The notes: a model not told the origin generated them from the letters alone. Shown: positions 1 to 9,437, numbered from the stretch's first letter. The stretch is DNA of 64,000 bases from Armatimonadota bacterium (GCA_016235455.1 JACRKZ010000018.1:66524-130523), one strand, 5' to 3'. A program made the numbers and translations.

Positions 1-236
1 CGGACGCGGTAGTGCACCAGCGCCTCCACCGGGCAGCGTGGACTCTGCCACATCGGCCCGGTGGTGAACAACGAGCGCTTGCGCCACTCAGCGCCGGTGG
101 CCGCGCCGTCGCGCGCGACGATGCGCCAGCCGTACTCGGTGGGATCCTGCTCGAATGTCGCCCGCATCAGTGGGTAGGCATCGGCTTGCACCGAGGCCGC
201 CAGCAGAGCTCCGGCAGTCACACCCGACAGCATCAT
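1..236 (-). CDS. Partial (runs off window) putative secreted protein, N-terminus only
   Basis: Hand translation from ATG at 236: MMLSGVTAGALLAASVQADAYPLMRATFEQDPTEYGWRIV...WQSPRCPVEALVHYRV, open to the window edge. Signal-peptide-like start (VQA|D). Not in the ORF track; start uncertain. Confidence 0.5.
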   Translation of the reverse strand, partial: MMLSGVTAGALLAASVQADAYPLMRATFEQDPTEYGWRIVARDGAATGAEWRKRSLFTTGPMWQSPRCPVEALVHYRV

Positions 237-320
237 CGTAGCCGCCAAGTTCCATCGAGGCGGCGGCGGCCCGCGACCATCGCGGGACCGCCACCCGATT
301 CGCAGATTGTACGTCTGCGA

Positions 321-1421
321 TTAGACCACTTCCAGGTCGTCGCGGTTGCCGAGCGCGGGAAATGGCGCATGCGGCTCGGCCTGGTACCAGTACGCCACCG
401 AGGCGATATCGTCCTGTAGCGGCAGGTATCGCCCTTCGGAGCGCCAGCCGATGGCCTGCATGGTGATGCGAATGTCGCTGCCGAAGCGGATCGGGTCCAT
501 GATGTGGAAGCGATACAGCCCGTGGCGATTGCCCACCTTGAAGTCGGTCTTGCCCCACGGATAGCCCAGGAAGGGTGCCGTGTAGTTCTCGCCAAAGCCC
601 CACGCACCGCCGAAGTAGTCCTCGGTGCCCGTTCCGCAGATGGTCGGATACTCGTCGTCGCCGTCGAGGAAGACCTTGAACTCGCCTTCGCCCCACCAAC
701 CTTCGCTGTTCTGCTGCCAGGCCATGTACACGCCGACATACTGGCCCTGGCCCTTCACGCCGTCGAGAATGACGTAGTCCTCGCCGTAGGCCAGCGGGTT
801 GGAGCGCCGGAACTGGGCGTGGAAGTAGGCCTCGTCGTGCGGCACCTCGACCAGCGCATAGTTGATGGTGTAGAAGAACCCGCCTTGGGCCTCCGGTGCG
901 CGGTTCTCGACGGTGATGCGGGCGTGCCGCCGGAACGGCATGGGGAAGTAGCAGTTCATGCCGCCGCTGGGGTTGACGTTGATCGGCATGCTCAACACTT
1001 TGGCGCGCTTGGCGAACCCGCAGCAGAACAGGTCGCCGATGGGCACCTCGACGCTGGGCTCGTCTTCATCGTCCCAATACATGCGCAGGATGAGGTCGCG
1101 GTAGCGCTTCTCCTCGACCGTGATTCAGATGTGTTGGATGACGCCGGGCCCGCTGACATCCATCAGCGTGGTGGTGCTGCCGGCGGGCAGCGTGATGCAC
1201 GGGCGCACTTTCCACTTCACGCCCAGGTCGCGCGCACAGGCGTTGGGTCCGTCCCACTGCTGGCCAATCTGGCGCACGGCGGGCTGCGGGTCCGCGCTGA
1301 GTTCGGCCATGCCGCCACAGCCGGGCTCGCCGTAGACGTTCTCTGCGGTGATCGACCGGGTCTTGGCCGCCGAGAGGCGACTGATGTTGCCCAGATGCGA
1401 ATGAAGGCCGGGGTCCGACAT
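321..1421 (-). pseudogene. DUF2961 / GH172-family glycoside hydrolase interrupted by one in-frame TGA (1125-1127)
   Basis: ORFs 1125..1421 and 321..1082 are in the same frame and join as ...GPGVIQHI*ITVEEKRYRDLILRMYWDDE... Family motifs: RSITAEN, NCYFPMPF, WWGEGE, GTGTEDYFGGAW, YRFHIMDPIRF, SVAYWYQ. The stop could also be a sequencing error. Confidence 0.8.
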
Positions 1422-1431
1422 GCTCAGCTCC

Positions 1432-3915
1432 TTACTTCTCGGGATTGGCCGGCGCCTTGCGCCGGTACGTGACCAGGGCCATGCCCGGCTTGTCGGGCAC
1501 GTCCAGCACCAGCCGAGCCAGCGCCTCGCCCGACGCCTCCTGGCGGCGGCCGGTGTCCACGTAGCTCAGCTCATAGGTTGCCGCCGGGTCCAGGCTGTGC
1601 AGCGCGACCTCCACCGACGGATGCGGGCTCGCCGCGCGGCGGAAACAGAAGACCGCGCCCTCGCCCAGGTCGGGCCGATCGAGCTGCCAGGCGCACCATT
1701 TGTCGGGCTCGACATTGACCGGCAGCAGGTTGTAGTGATCGCCCAGCCACAGCGGACGCAGCGCCTTGGTCTCGCCGATGCGGCGCTGCACCAAGGGCAG
1801 TTCCGCGGCCAGTGGCGGCCGGCAGACGCTCGCGCCCGTGGTGGCCACGCTGCGCCAGGTGTAGGCATCCCAGCCCCACACCCCGGCCGCATGGAGGGGC
1901 ACCCAGCGGCTCAGGCCCGCCGTCTGCGCCTGGTCCCAGGCCGGCATGGCCTTCCCGCCGCACTGGGTGTCGCTGCGCCACAGCGGGTAGCTGCGCCGGC
2001 ACGTTTCAAGGTCGATGCGCCGACCACCGCTGGCGCAGTTGTCGATCTGCAAGCCTGGATGCGCCGCGCGCAGCTCGTCCCACAGCGTGTACAGCCCCTC
2101 GATGTAGCGGATCTCGGTGATGCCCTGCCGCTCCGGCTTGTCTGCCGCCTGCCAGAAGCCCAGCGGGTCGATGTTGAAGTCGTTGCGGTACACCGTGATG
2201 CCCCAGTCGGCGATACAGCGGTTGAGGTGGTCGCGCAGCCAGGCCCGGGCCGCGGGGTCACCCAGGTTGTACAGCCCATCGCCGCCGCCCGCGCGCAGCA
2301 CGAACTCAGGATGCTCGCGACCGATAGCGCTCTGCGAATGTACGCGTTCGGGCTCGAACCACAAGACGAAGCCCATGCGGTTGGCCCGGGCCGCATCACC
2401 CAACGGCTTGAGCCCGCGGGGAAAGGCGTCGGGCTTGGGCGTCCAGGAACCGACGCCCGTCGGCCAGCCGCCGACAAACCAGCCGGCGTCGAGCCAGAAG
2501 CCCTCGACGCCGACCTGCGCCATGGCGTCGATCGCGGCGAGTTGGTTGGCCTCGGTGACCTCGTTGCCCTGGTTGAAGGCGAACCAGGTGTTCTCGCTCA
2601 ACGGCGGCAGCGCGGGCTTGCCTTCCCGATCGCGAGGCACGATGGCGCTCAGCATCGTGCGACGCAGCCGGTTGTGACCGCGCTGCGGGTCATCGCCCTG
2701 CCAGCCGGCCAGCAGCACGCTCGGCAGCCGCACGCTCTCGCCCGCGTGGAGCCGGTAGCGCGAGGTCTGTTGGCCGAGCGACATGCGCAGCCCGCGGCCG
2801 TCGTCGCGCGCCACCTTCAGTTCCCATTGGCCCGACCAGCCGATCGCGCCGATCAGGCCGCCGCCGGGCCAGCTCAGGTTGAAGAAGGGCAGCGCGCCGT
2901 TGGAGGAGCGGCCGCCACCAGGTGCCACCACAACGTCGGTGGCCGGCTTGAGCTCCGTATCGACCGGGAGGAAATCCGTCTCGGTGCAGGTGCTGCCGTT
3001 GGAGCGATGCAGCCAGACGTCGTTGGCGGCCGGCAGGCCCAGTGCCAGATCGAGCGAGCGCGGCAGCTCAATGAGCGGGCTGTCGGCGTTGCCCTCATTG
3101 CGCAGTGTGGTCTGCCATTCCACCGCGGCGGTCGCCTCGTGCCACAGGGCCGAGCATTCGATGGCCAGATGGCTGCCGGCATCGCGCCAGGTCACCTGAA
3201 GCCGGCCCGGCGCCGGCTCGGCGACGGTGCGTGTCCATTCGCGCACCACGGCCGGCTGGCCGTCGAGGCTCAGGCTGCACGGCGGCGCAACGGCGAAAGT
3301 CGGCGGCGCCTGCACGATGGGCAGGTCGTCGAGCCACAGCAGGCGGCCATCGGCCAACTCGACCTGGGCGTCGCACCAGTCCGACTGGTCCCAGCCCGGC
3401 CCGTCGCCGCCGTCGCCCACGCGTAGCGTGAACTCGCGCGCGCCGGTCAGGTCCACCGCCACGGCGACCGGCTCGCCGCCGCCGCGGCAGAGGTCCGAAT
3501 GCCACAGTTCCCGCCCACCGGCATCGACGGCGAAGGTGACGCTGCCGCGCGTACCGGCTGTATCGTAGTTGTTGTCAATCCCCACCTGCGCGGTGAACCG
3601 CTTGGCGGCGGACGGCAACCGCACCGCCAGTTCGCTGACCGAGTGCGTGCCCAGACCGCGGTCGAACGGCTTGGTGCCGATGCAGAGCGGTGTGTTCATC
3701 ACCGACTGCCGACGATGGAGCGTGCTGTAGTCCTGCCGGCGCACCTCGATGCCGATCGGCGCCGGCGCGGGCTCCGCAGCCAGGCCGCGGAAGGCGGCCT
3801 CATACCAACCGCGCATCCAGCCGCGTTCCGACGCTGTCGGTGCCAGTTCGTCGGCCAGGCAGCCGGCGGCCAGACACGTCGCGAGGAGCAGGACCACCCA
3901 GATTCCGTTGCCCAC
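1432..3915 (-). CDS. Secreted alpha-galactosidase, GH36-like, with N-terminal NPCBM/NEW2 domain
   Basis: Signal peptide. NPCBM motifs RGLGTHS, FTAQVGID, GDGGDG..DQSDW. GH36 motifs FWLDAGWF, LWFEPERV, YRNDFN, IDNCASGGRRIDLE. GTG start. Confidence 0.85.
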   Translation of the reverse strand: MGNGIWVVLLLATCLAAGCLADELAPTASERGWMRGWYEAAFRGLAAEPAPAPIGIEVRRQDYSTLHRRQSVMNTPLCIGTKPFDRGLGTHSVSELAVRLPSAAKRFTAQVGIDNNYDTAGTRGSVTFAVDAGGRELWHSDLCRGGGEPVAVAVDLTGAREFTLRVGDGGDGPGWDQSDWCDAQVELADGRLLWLDDLPIVQAPPTFAVAPPCSLSLDGQPAVVREWTRTVAEPAPGRLQVTWRDAGSHLAIECSALWHEATAAVEWQTTLRNEGNADSPLIELPRSLDLALGLPAANDVWLHRSNGSTCTETDFLPVDTELKPATDVVVAPGGGRSSNGALPFFNLSWPGGGLIGAIGWSGQWELKVARDDGRGLRMSLGQQTSRYRLHAGESVRLPSVLLAGWQGDDPQRGHNRLRRTMLSAIVPRDREGKPALPPLSENTWFAFNQGNEVTEANQLAAIDAMAQVGVEGFWLDAGWFVGGWPTGVGSWTPKPDAFPRGLKPLGDAARANRMGFVLWFEPERVHSQSAIGREHPEFVLRAGGGDGLYNLGDPAARAWLRDHLNRCIADWGITVYRNDFNIDPLGFWQAADKPERQGITEIRYIEGLYTLWDELRAAHPGLQIDNCASGGRRIDLETCRRSYPLWRSDTQCGGKAMPAWDQAQTAGLSRWVPLHAAGVWGWDAYTWRSVATTGASVCRPPLAAELPLVQRRIGETKALRPLWLGDHYNLLPVNVEPDKWCAWQLDRPDLGEGAVFCFRRAASPHPSVEVALHSLDPAATYELSYVDTGRRQEASGEALARLVLDVPDKPGMALVTYRRKAPANPEK

Positions 3916-4022
3916 CTGTCGTCTCCGCTGTCCGTTCGCGCACGGATTACGGATCGACGGCCCGGGTCCTCCTGCAATCGACGCGGACTTGGCCGAGGGC
4001 CAACGGCCCTACACCGGTGAGG

Positions 4023-5942
4023 TCATAGATCCAGCCGCACCGGACCCGGCAGGTCGAAGCGCACGGTCAACACCCGTGTCGCCGAGTCGTACTTCGCCTG
4101 TCCGCGTTGGCAGCTGACGAAGCGGTCCGTGACTGCCACGAGTTCGGCGGGTCCGCGCAACGCCGGATCGAAGGCAAGGTCCACCGGCCCGCGCGCGAAC
4201 GTCACAGGCGGGCCTACCGAGGCCAGCAGGTCGGCCGCGAACAGATGGCGCCCGCTCCGCCGGTCGACGCCACAGTCCAGCACGTTGGCGCTGCCCGCGA
4301 CGACCCGACACACCGGCGTCACGCCGGCCTGCCGGGCCAGCGCCGCCAGCGCCGGCTGCACCTTGAGGCAGAAGGCGCGGTTGGCCTCGGCGTGCGCCGC
4401 CTGTCGGTACCACACCACGCGGCCGCGGCCCACCGTCTGGTCCAGTCGTTCGCCCGTCAGCTCGCCGACCAGGCCGCCAAGGCCCGGCGTGGGCGCCAGG
4501 TGACGGTCGGCCTCCACGGCGTAGGCCAACGCACCCGGACCGAACGCCACGAGCGTGCCCCCGCCACGCACCCAGGCGACGATCCGCTCCAGCGCCGCGC
4601 GCGTGGTCACGGTCACACCGCTGTTGGGCACGACCAGCAGCCGCCGGCCGGCAAGGACACCATCGGCCACCATCAGGTCGTCGACCACATCGGGCGAGCC
4701 GAGCGCCCGGCCCCAGGACGGTGCCGCCGGGTCGGGCGACCAGTTGGTGTTGGTGGCGTCGTACAGCCGCACGGCGTCCATGTTCTGGCGGTCGGCGCGG
4801 TACCAGGACGTCACATAGGAGTGGAGCACGGCGGCCGGCGACGGTCGATAGTGCGTCTCGTAGCGGTCGAAGACCGGTGCGAGTTGGCCCCAGATGCGGG
4901 TGAACCAGTGGTCGGCACGGCACAACTCGCCCATGTGGGGCAGGATGACACTGCTGCTGCCTGCCGATAGCCCGTTGATCAGCGTGTTGAGCTGGGCGTA
5001 CTCACTGAGGTGCGGCGGACCAACCGGCTCGCACATCAGCGCCACGCCGTACTGGGCACAGGCGGTGGACGTATAGCGCAGGCTGAACAGAGTCTGCGCG
5101 TCGGTGTCGTCCAGCAGCGCCGGTCCGTGCGCGGCCATGCCCTTCACCGTGGGGCCGACATTGCCCGCGAAGACGCCCTGCGCGTAGCCGGCCTTCATGC
5201 CGCCCAGCGTCAGGCACAGCGGCCGGTCGGTGACGCCGCGCAACGCGCCAAAGGTGCGGTCGGTCACTTCCAGCAGCCAGGCGTTGTACCAGTGCAGCCA
5301 ATCCGACCAGGCGCGCCGTGTGTCGAGGCCGTCGGGGCCGGGCTGTGGACCGCGCGGCGGTTGCACTGCGTCGAACGTGTCCAGCATCTCACCCCAGGCC
5401 CGCGACAACGCCGCGGGCGTGGCATAGCGCTCGGCCAGCCAGCGCCGGAAGGCCGCCTTGGCGGGCCGGCTGTAGGCCAGATAGCCGCCCTGGTCGGACA
5501 CCGCGTAATGCGCCTCGCCGTAGCGGCTGATGGGCGACGGCACCGACACCGCGGCCACGTGCGCCAGGTCGGCCCGACCGCTCATGGCACGCGCCAGGCC
5601 CTGCGCGTAGCGATCGATGACACGCGCGTCGAACGTGGCCATCTGATAGCCCTCGGCGGCCAGATGGCCGTCGGGATCCTGATCGAGATCGTCGCGCGTC
5701 AGGCCGAGGCCCGCTTGCAGCACCTCGGCCGGTGGACGTGGCTCGAAGTGCATGGACAAGCAGCCCTCGCCGGCCAGCGCCTGCTGCTCGGCCACCGGGC
5801 GCCAATTGAGCGCGTAGCCCAGGTGCAGCGCATCGCGGATGGCCCTGGGCGGGATGGTGCCCTCATGTACCGAGATGACGCCGACGCGGGCCAACGGCGG
5901 CGGCGCGGAGATGGTGAGCAGGAGCAACAGGACAGGCGGCAT
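4023..5942 (-). CDS. Secreted GH42-like (beta-galactosidase-like) glycoside hydrolase
   Basis: Signal peptide; AFRRWLAERYATPAALSRAWG..FDAVQPP..WSDW block typical of GH42; C-terminal trimerisation-like segment RIVAWVRGGGTLV. Confidence 0.6.
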   Translation of the reverse strand: MPPVLLLLLTISAPPPLARVGVISVHEGTIPPRAIRDALHLGYALNWRPVAEQQALAGEGCLSMHFEPRPPAEVLQAGLGLTRDDLDQDPDGHLAAEGYQMATFDARVIDRYAQGLARAMSGRADLAHVAAVSVPSPISRYGEAHYAVSDQGGYLAYSRPAKAAFRRWLAERYATPAALSRAWGEMLDTFDAVQPPRGPQPGPDGLDTRRAWSDWLHWYNAWLLEVTDRTFGALRGVTDRPLCLTLGGMKAGYAQGVFAGNVGPTVKGMAAHGPALLDDTDAQTLFSLRYTSTACAQYGVALMCEPVGPPHLSEYAQLNTLINGLSAGSSSVILPHMGELCRADHWFTRIWGQLAPVFDRYETHYRPSPAAVLHSYVTSWYRADRQNMDAVRLYDATNTNWSPDPAAPSWGRALGSPDVVDDLMVADGVLAGRRLLVVPNSGVTVTTRAALERIVAWVRGGGTLVAFGPGALAYAVEADRHLAPTPGLGGLVGELTGERLDQTVGRGRVVWYRQAAHAEANRAFCLKVQPALAALARQAGVTPVCRVVAGSANVLDCGVDRRSGRHLFAADLLASVGPPVTFARGPVDLAFDPALRGPAELVAVTDRFVSCQRGQAKYDSATRVLTVRFDLPGPVRLDL

Positions 5943-6034
5943 GGCAGGGCTCCGCCCGGCTGTTCGCGGCGCGCCGCCCTGCTCCTGCGCCGGCCAGGCG
6001 GCCCCGCGATGCTTGGCCAGGCCTCGACGAGCAG

Positions 6035-6071
6035 AACGGCCAGCCCGCGCGTCTGGCGCAGGCTGGCCGTT
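6035..6071 (-). terminator. Stem-loop, possible intrinsic terminator or processing site after the prepilin-like gene
   Basis: AACGGCCAGCC (6035-6045) pairs with GGCTGGCCGTT (6061-6071), with an inner GCGC/GCGC stem. Only a weak U-tract follows. Confidence 0.5.
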
Positions 6072-6118
6072 TGATGCTCAGTCTCGAAGCCGGCTGGCGC
6101 CGAGGCGCCGAGACCGCC

Positions 6119-6724
6119 CTACCACTGGTTGACCGGCGCCACGTCGGCGCCCGACTTCTGCCACTTGGCGTGGCCGTCGCAGTAGATGTAGTTGTCGCCG
6201 TCCGTGTGGTAGTGCTGGGGAATCGACTGCGTCGTGATCCACGGCTGAGAACCAATCACGGTGTTCGAGGGATAGGCCGGCCAATCGCCGCTGATCTTCT
6301 CACCGTAGACAATGCGCGAGGCCGGCGCGTCGATGGCGGCCATCGCCAAGCCGCTGCTCCAACGGATGATGTTGGCGTTGCAGCCGTAGGTCACGGGATA
6401 AGCCACGCCAGCGGCGTTGGGTGCGCCCGAGGCCGACGGGCACTTGTAGACCTGGGTGCTCTTCAGGTACGGCGCGATGACTTCCCACCAAGCCGGGTTC
6501 CAGGCGCCATTCGTGCCCATGCCGGCGCCACCGGGATAGGTCTCATCGTAGTCCTGCACGTACTGCATCGTGGCGATGCCGATCTGCTTCTCGTTGTTGA
6601 GGCAACTCGACGTACGCGCCTTCTCGCGCGCCTTGGCGAAGACGGGGAACAGAATGGCCGCCAGGATGGCGATGATGGCGATGACCACCAACAGCTCGAT
6701 CAACGTGAACGCACGTCGCTTCAT
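6119..6724 (-). CDS. Prepilin-type N-terminal cleavage/methylation protein, DUF1559 and H-X9-DG motif
   Basis: [47 protein letters not shown]; C-terminal [16 protein letters not shown]; GGAG upstream of ATG 6724. Confidence 0.9.
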   Translation of the reverse strand: MKRRAFTLIELLVVIAIIAILAAILFPVFAKAREKARTSSCLNNEKQIGIATMQYVQDYDETYPGGAGMGTNGAWNPAWWEVIAPYLKSTQVYKCPSASGAPNAAGVAYPVTYGCNANIIRWSSGLAMAAIDAPASRIVYGEKISGDWPAYPSNTVIGSQPWITTQSIPQHYHTDGDNYIYCDGHAKWQKSGADVAPVNQW

Positions 6725-6811
6725 GAGGTTCTCCCACACCCCGCCAGAGCGGCGGAGGGTGCGTCAGAATCGCAGATCGCCGAACCCGAGTCAAGCCTCT
6801 CGCGCAATGTA

Positions 6812-6825
6812 AGATATCGTTGTCA
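6812..6825. promoter_or_regulatory. Candidate LacI-family/cre-like operator in divergent intergenic region
   Basis: Minus strand TGACAACGATATCT versus cre-type TGWAANCGNTNWCA (2 mismatches), in an AT-richer patch flanked by GCAATGT/ACATTGC. Confidence 0.35.
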
Positions 6826-6944
6826 TAACCGAACCGATTCGAGGCGACATTGCCTCGCGACGCGAGCTGGCGGGCGGTGACTGGACAGATCCGCGCAGGC
6901 CGGCAACAATGTTGGCGGCCGACCCAGGGCCGAGGAGCGTGGTG

Positions 6945-7397
6945 ATGAACGGAGCGTTGCTGCATCTGCTGCTGAGCCATCTGCCGGTCGTCGGCTGCCT
7001 GATCGCCTTTGTGGTACTGGCGGCCAACCGCCATCGGGACGACGCCTCGGCGACGCGGGTCGGCCTCGTGCTGGCGCTGGTCTCGGCGCTGGCGGCGGTG
7101 CCGGCCTTCCTGACCGGGCCACCGGCGGTGCAACTGGTGCGCGCGCTGGGCCCCGACGGGGATCCCTACATGGTCACCCACGCCAAGGCGGCGCTCGGTG
7201 GACTGTTGTGCCTGTTGGTGTTCGGCACTGTCGCCCTCGTCGCCCTGCGCACCACCGCCAAGAAGCCGCGGCTCAGCGCGACGCTGACCAAGGTGGCCAT
7301 CGTGCTGGGCTTCGTCTCGGTCATGGTCTCCGGCTACGTGGCCCAGACCGGCTATGACATCCGTCACACCGAGGTGCGCGCCGGCGCCGCCAAGTGA
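6945..7397 (+). CDS. DUF2231-like integral membrane protein (about 4 TM, conserved His)
   Basis: MNGALLHLLLSHLPVVG...THAKAA...GYDIRHTEVR; GAGGAG SD before ATG 6945. Confidence 0.65.
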   Translation: MNGALLHLLLSHLPVVGCLIAFVVLAANRHRDDASATRVGLVLALVSALAAVPAFLTGPPAVQLVRALGPDGDPYMVTHAKAALGGLLCLLVFGTVALVALRTTAKKPRLSATLTKVAIVLGFVSVMVSGYVAQTGYDIRHTEVRAGAAK

Positions 7398-7410
7398 CCC
7401 GCCGTGCGAT

Positions 7411-7476
7411 CTTGACGCATTGCTGACATCAAGACGGGCACCCTTGACCCGCCCTTGACCGGCACGCTTCGATACT
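7411..7476 (+). promoter_or_regulatory. Putative kdp promoter with phased direct repeats (OmpR/KdpE-type boxes)
   Basis: CTTGAC 7411, GCTGAC 7422, CTTGAC 7443, CTTGAC 7454 (spacings 11, 21, 11). -10-like GATACT at 7471-7476, 10 nt after the last CCCTTGACC. Confidence 0.55.
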
Positions 7477-7499
7477 GCCTCCAGAAGAGGAGGCAGGCG

Positions 7500-7580
7500 A
7501 TGGATGCGATCCTACTGCTGCTACTGGTTGGTTTCTACTGGCTCGGCTCACGCTACGTGTTGTGGGCCGAGGCCTTGTAG
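7500..7580 (+). CDS. Small hydrophobic peptide upstream of kdpF (KdpZ-like), 26 aa
   Basis: MDAILLLLLVGFYWLGSRYVLWAEAL*; strong GAGGAGG SD; below the ORF-track size cutoff. Confidence 0.7.
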   Translation: MDAILLLLLVGFYWLGSRYVLWAEAL

Positions 7581-7590
7581 GGAGCCGACC

Positions 7591-7680
7591 ATGTCACCTG
7601 ATTACTGGCTCGGCGGCGTGCTCTCGACCGCGCTCTGCTGCTACCTGCTCTACGCGCTCATCCACCCCGAGCGGTTCTGA
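7591..7680 (+). CDS. kdpF: K+-transporting ATPase subunit F, 29 aa
   Basis: [29 protein letters not shown]; YL.YAL..PE.F signature; GGAG SD; directly before kdpA. Confidence 0.92.
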   Translation: MSPDYWLGGVLSTALCCYLLYALIHPERF

Positions 7681-7691
7681 GGAGACCGGCC

Positions 7692-9428
7692 ATGACGCTC
7701 CTCGGATGGGCGCAGATCGCCCTGTTCCTGGCGCTCCTGTACCTGGCCACACGGCCGCTCGGCCGGTACCTGGCGCGCGTGTTTGCCGGTGAGCGCAACG
7801 CCCTGGACCGCGTGCTCGGTCCGCTTGAGCGACTCATCTACCGACTGGCGGGCATCGACCCCCACGTGGAGATGCACCCGACGGCCTACGCTCTGGCGCT
7901 GCTGGCCTTCTCTCTGGTCGGCACGCTGCTGACCTACGTCCTCCTGCGCTGTCAGGGCTGGCTGCCGCTCAATCCCATGGGCTTCTCGACGGCCACGGCG
8001 CCGCGGGGCGCGACGGCCATGACACCCGACCTGGCCTTCAACACGGCCGTCTCGTTCGCCACGAACACCAACTGGCAGGCCTATGGCGGCGAATCGACGC
8101 TGTCCTATCTGTCGCAGATGCTGGCCTTGGCTTACCACAACTGGGTGTCGGCGGCCGCCGGAATGGCGGTGGCCGTGGCGCTTGTCCGCGGCTTCGCGCG
8201 CCGCGGTGCCGCGACGATCGGCAACTTCTGGTTCGACCTGGTGCGCGCCACGCTGTACGTGCTGTTGCCCCTCTGCGTGGTGTTCAGCCTGGTTCTGGTG
8301 TCCCAAGGCGTGGCGCAGAATCTGGCGCCCTACCCGACCGTCAGCACGCTCGACGGCGGGCGCCAGACGATCGCCATGGGCCCCGTGGCCAGCCAGGAGG
8401 CCATCAAGATGCTGGGCACCAACGGCGGCGGCTTCTTCAACGCCAACTCGGCACATCCGTTCGAGAACCCGACACCGCTGACCAACATGCTGTCCATGCT
8501 GAGCATCTTCCTGCTACCCGCCGCGCTGTTCGGCATGTTCGGCGCCATGGTCGGTGACGAACGCCAGGGCTGGGCGCTGTGGGCGGCGTCCGCCGTCATG
8601 TTCCTGGTCGGCGTGACGACGGTCTACGCCGCGGAGACCGCGGGCAGCCCGCTGGCTGTCAGGCACGGCGTGGCCGCGGGCCAAGGCAACATGGAGGGCA
8701 AGGAGCAGCGCTTCGGGCAGGCCCAGAGCGCGCTGTTCACCACGGTGACCACCGCCGCGTCGTGTGGCGCGGTCTGTGCCATGCACGACTCGCTCACGCC
8801 GCTGGCCACGCTGGTGCCGCTGGTTAACATGCAGACCGACGAGGTCATCTTCGGCGGCGTGGGCGCGGGATTGTATGGCCTGCTCATCTACGCCGTGCTG
8901 ACGGTCTTCATCGCGGGGCTCATGGTGGGCCGCACGCCCGAATACCTGGGCAAGCGCATCGAGGCGCGCGAGGTGAAGCTGGCCATGCTGTTTGTGCTGG
9001 TCTCCTCGGCGTCGATCCTGTGCCTCACGGCGCTGGCGGTGTCGTTGCCGGGCCCGTCGTCGGGCGTGCTCAATGGCGGCCCGCGCGGCTTTGGCGAGAT
9101 GCTCTACGCGTTCTCGTCGGCCACCGGCAACAACGGCTCGGCTCTGGCCGGCATCACGGCCAACACGCCGTTCTACAACGTGGCGCTAGGCCTGGCCATG
9201 CTGGTCGGCCGGTTCCTGATGATGCTGCCGGCGCTGGCGCTGGCCGGGTCACTGGCGGCCAAGAAGTACACGCCGCCGTCGGCCGGCACCTTCCCCACCA
9301 CCACAGGCCTGTTCGTCGCGTTGCTAGTTGGCGTCATCGTCATTGTGGCCGCGCTGACTTTCTTCCCGGCGCTCAGCCTCGGCCCGATCCTCGAGCACGG
9401 GCTGATGCACGCCGGCCGGCTCTTCTAG
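7692..9428 (+). CDS. kdpA: K+-transporting ATPase subunit A
   Basis: Filter motifs TNTNWQ, LGTNGGG, ASCGAV, GNNGSA; [13 protein letters not shown]. Confidence 0.98.
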   Translation: MTLLGWAQIALFLALLYLATRPLGRYLARVFAGERNALDRVLGPLERLIYRLAGIDPHVEMHPTAYALALLAFSLVGTLLTYVLLRCQGWLPLNPMGFSTATAPRGATAMTPDLAFNTAVSFATNTNWQAYGGESTLSYLSQMLALAYHNWVSAAAGMAVAVALVRGFARRGAATIGNFWFDLVRATLYVLLPLCVVFSLVLVSQGVAQNLAPYPTVSTLDGGRQTIAMGPVASQEAIKMLGTNGGGFFNANSAHPFENPTPLTNMLSMLSIFLLPAALFGMFGAMVGDERQGWALWAASAVMFLVGVTTVYAAETAGSPLAVRHGVAAGQGNMEGKEQRFGQAQSALFTTVTTAASCGAVCAMHDSLTPLATLVPLVNMQTDEVIFGGVGAGLYGLLIYAVLTVFIAGLMVGRTPEYLGKRIEAREVKLAMLFVLVSSASILCLTALAVSLPGPSSGVLNGGPRGFGEMLYAFSSATGNNGSALAGITANTPFYNVALGLAMLVGRFLMMLPALALAGSLAAKKYTPPSAGTFPTTTGLFVALLVGVIVIVAALTFFPALSLGPILEHGLMHAGRLF

Positions 9429-9437
9429 GAGGCCCCC

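Noticed and set aside
1083-1127. Selenocysteine or genetic-code reassignment for the TGA in the DUF2961 gene
   Set aside because: The position corresponds to Trp rather than Cys, TGA is a normal stop in many genes here, and hairpins are common in GC-rich DNA.
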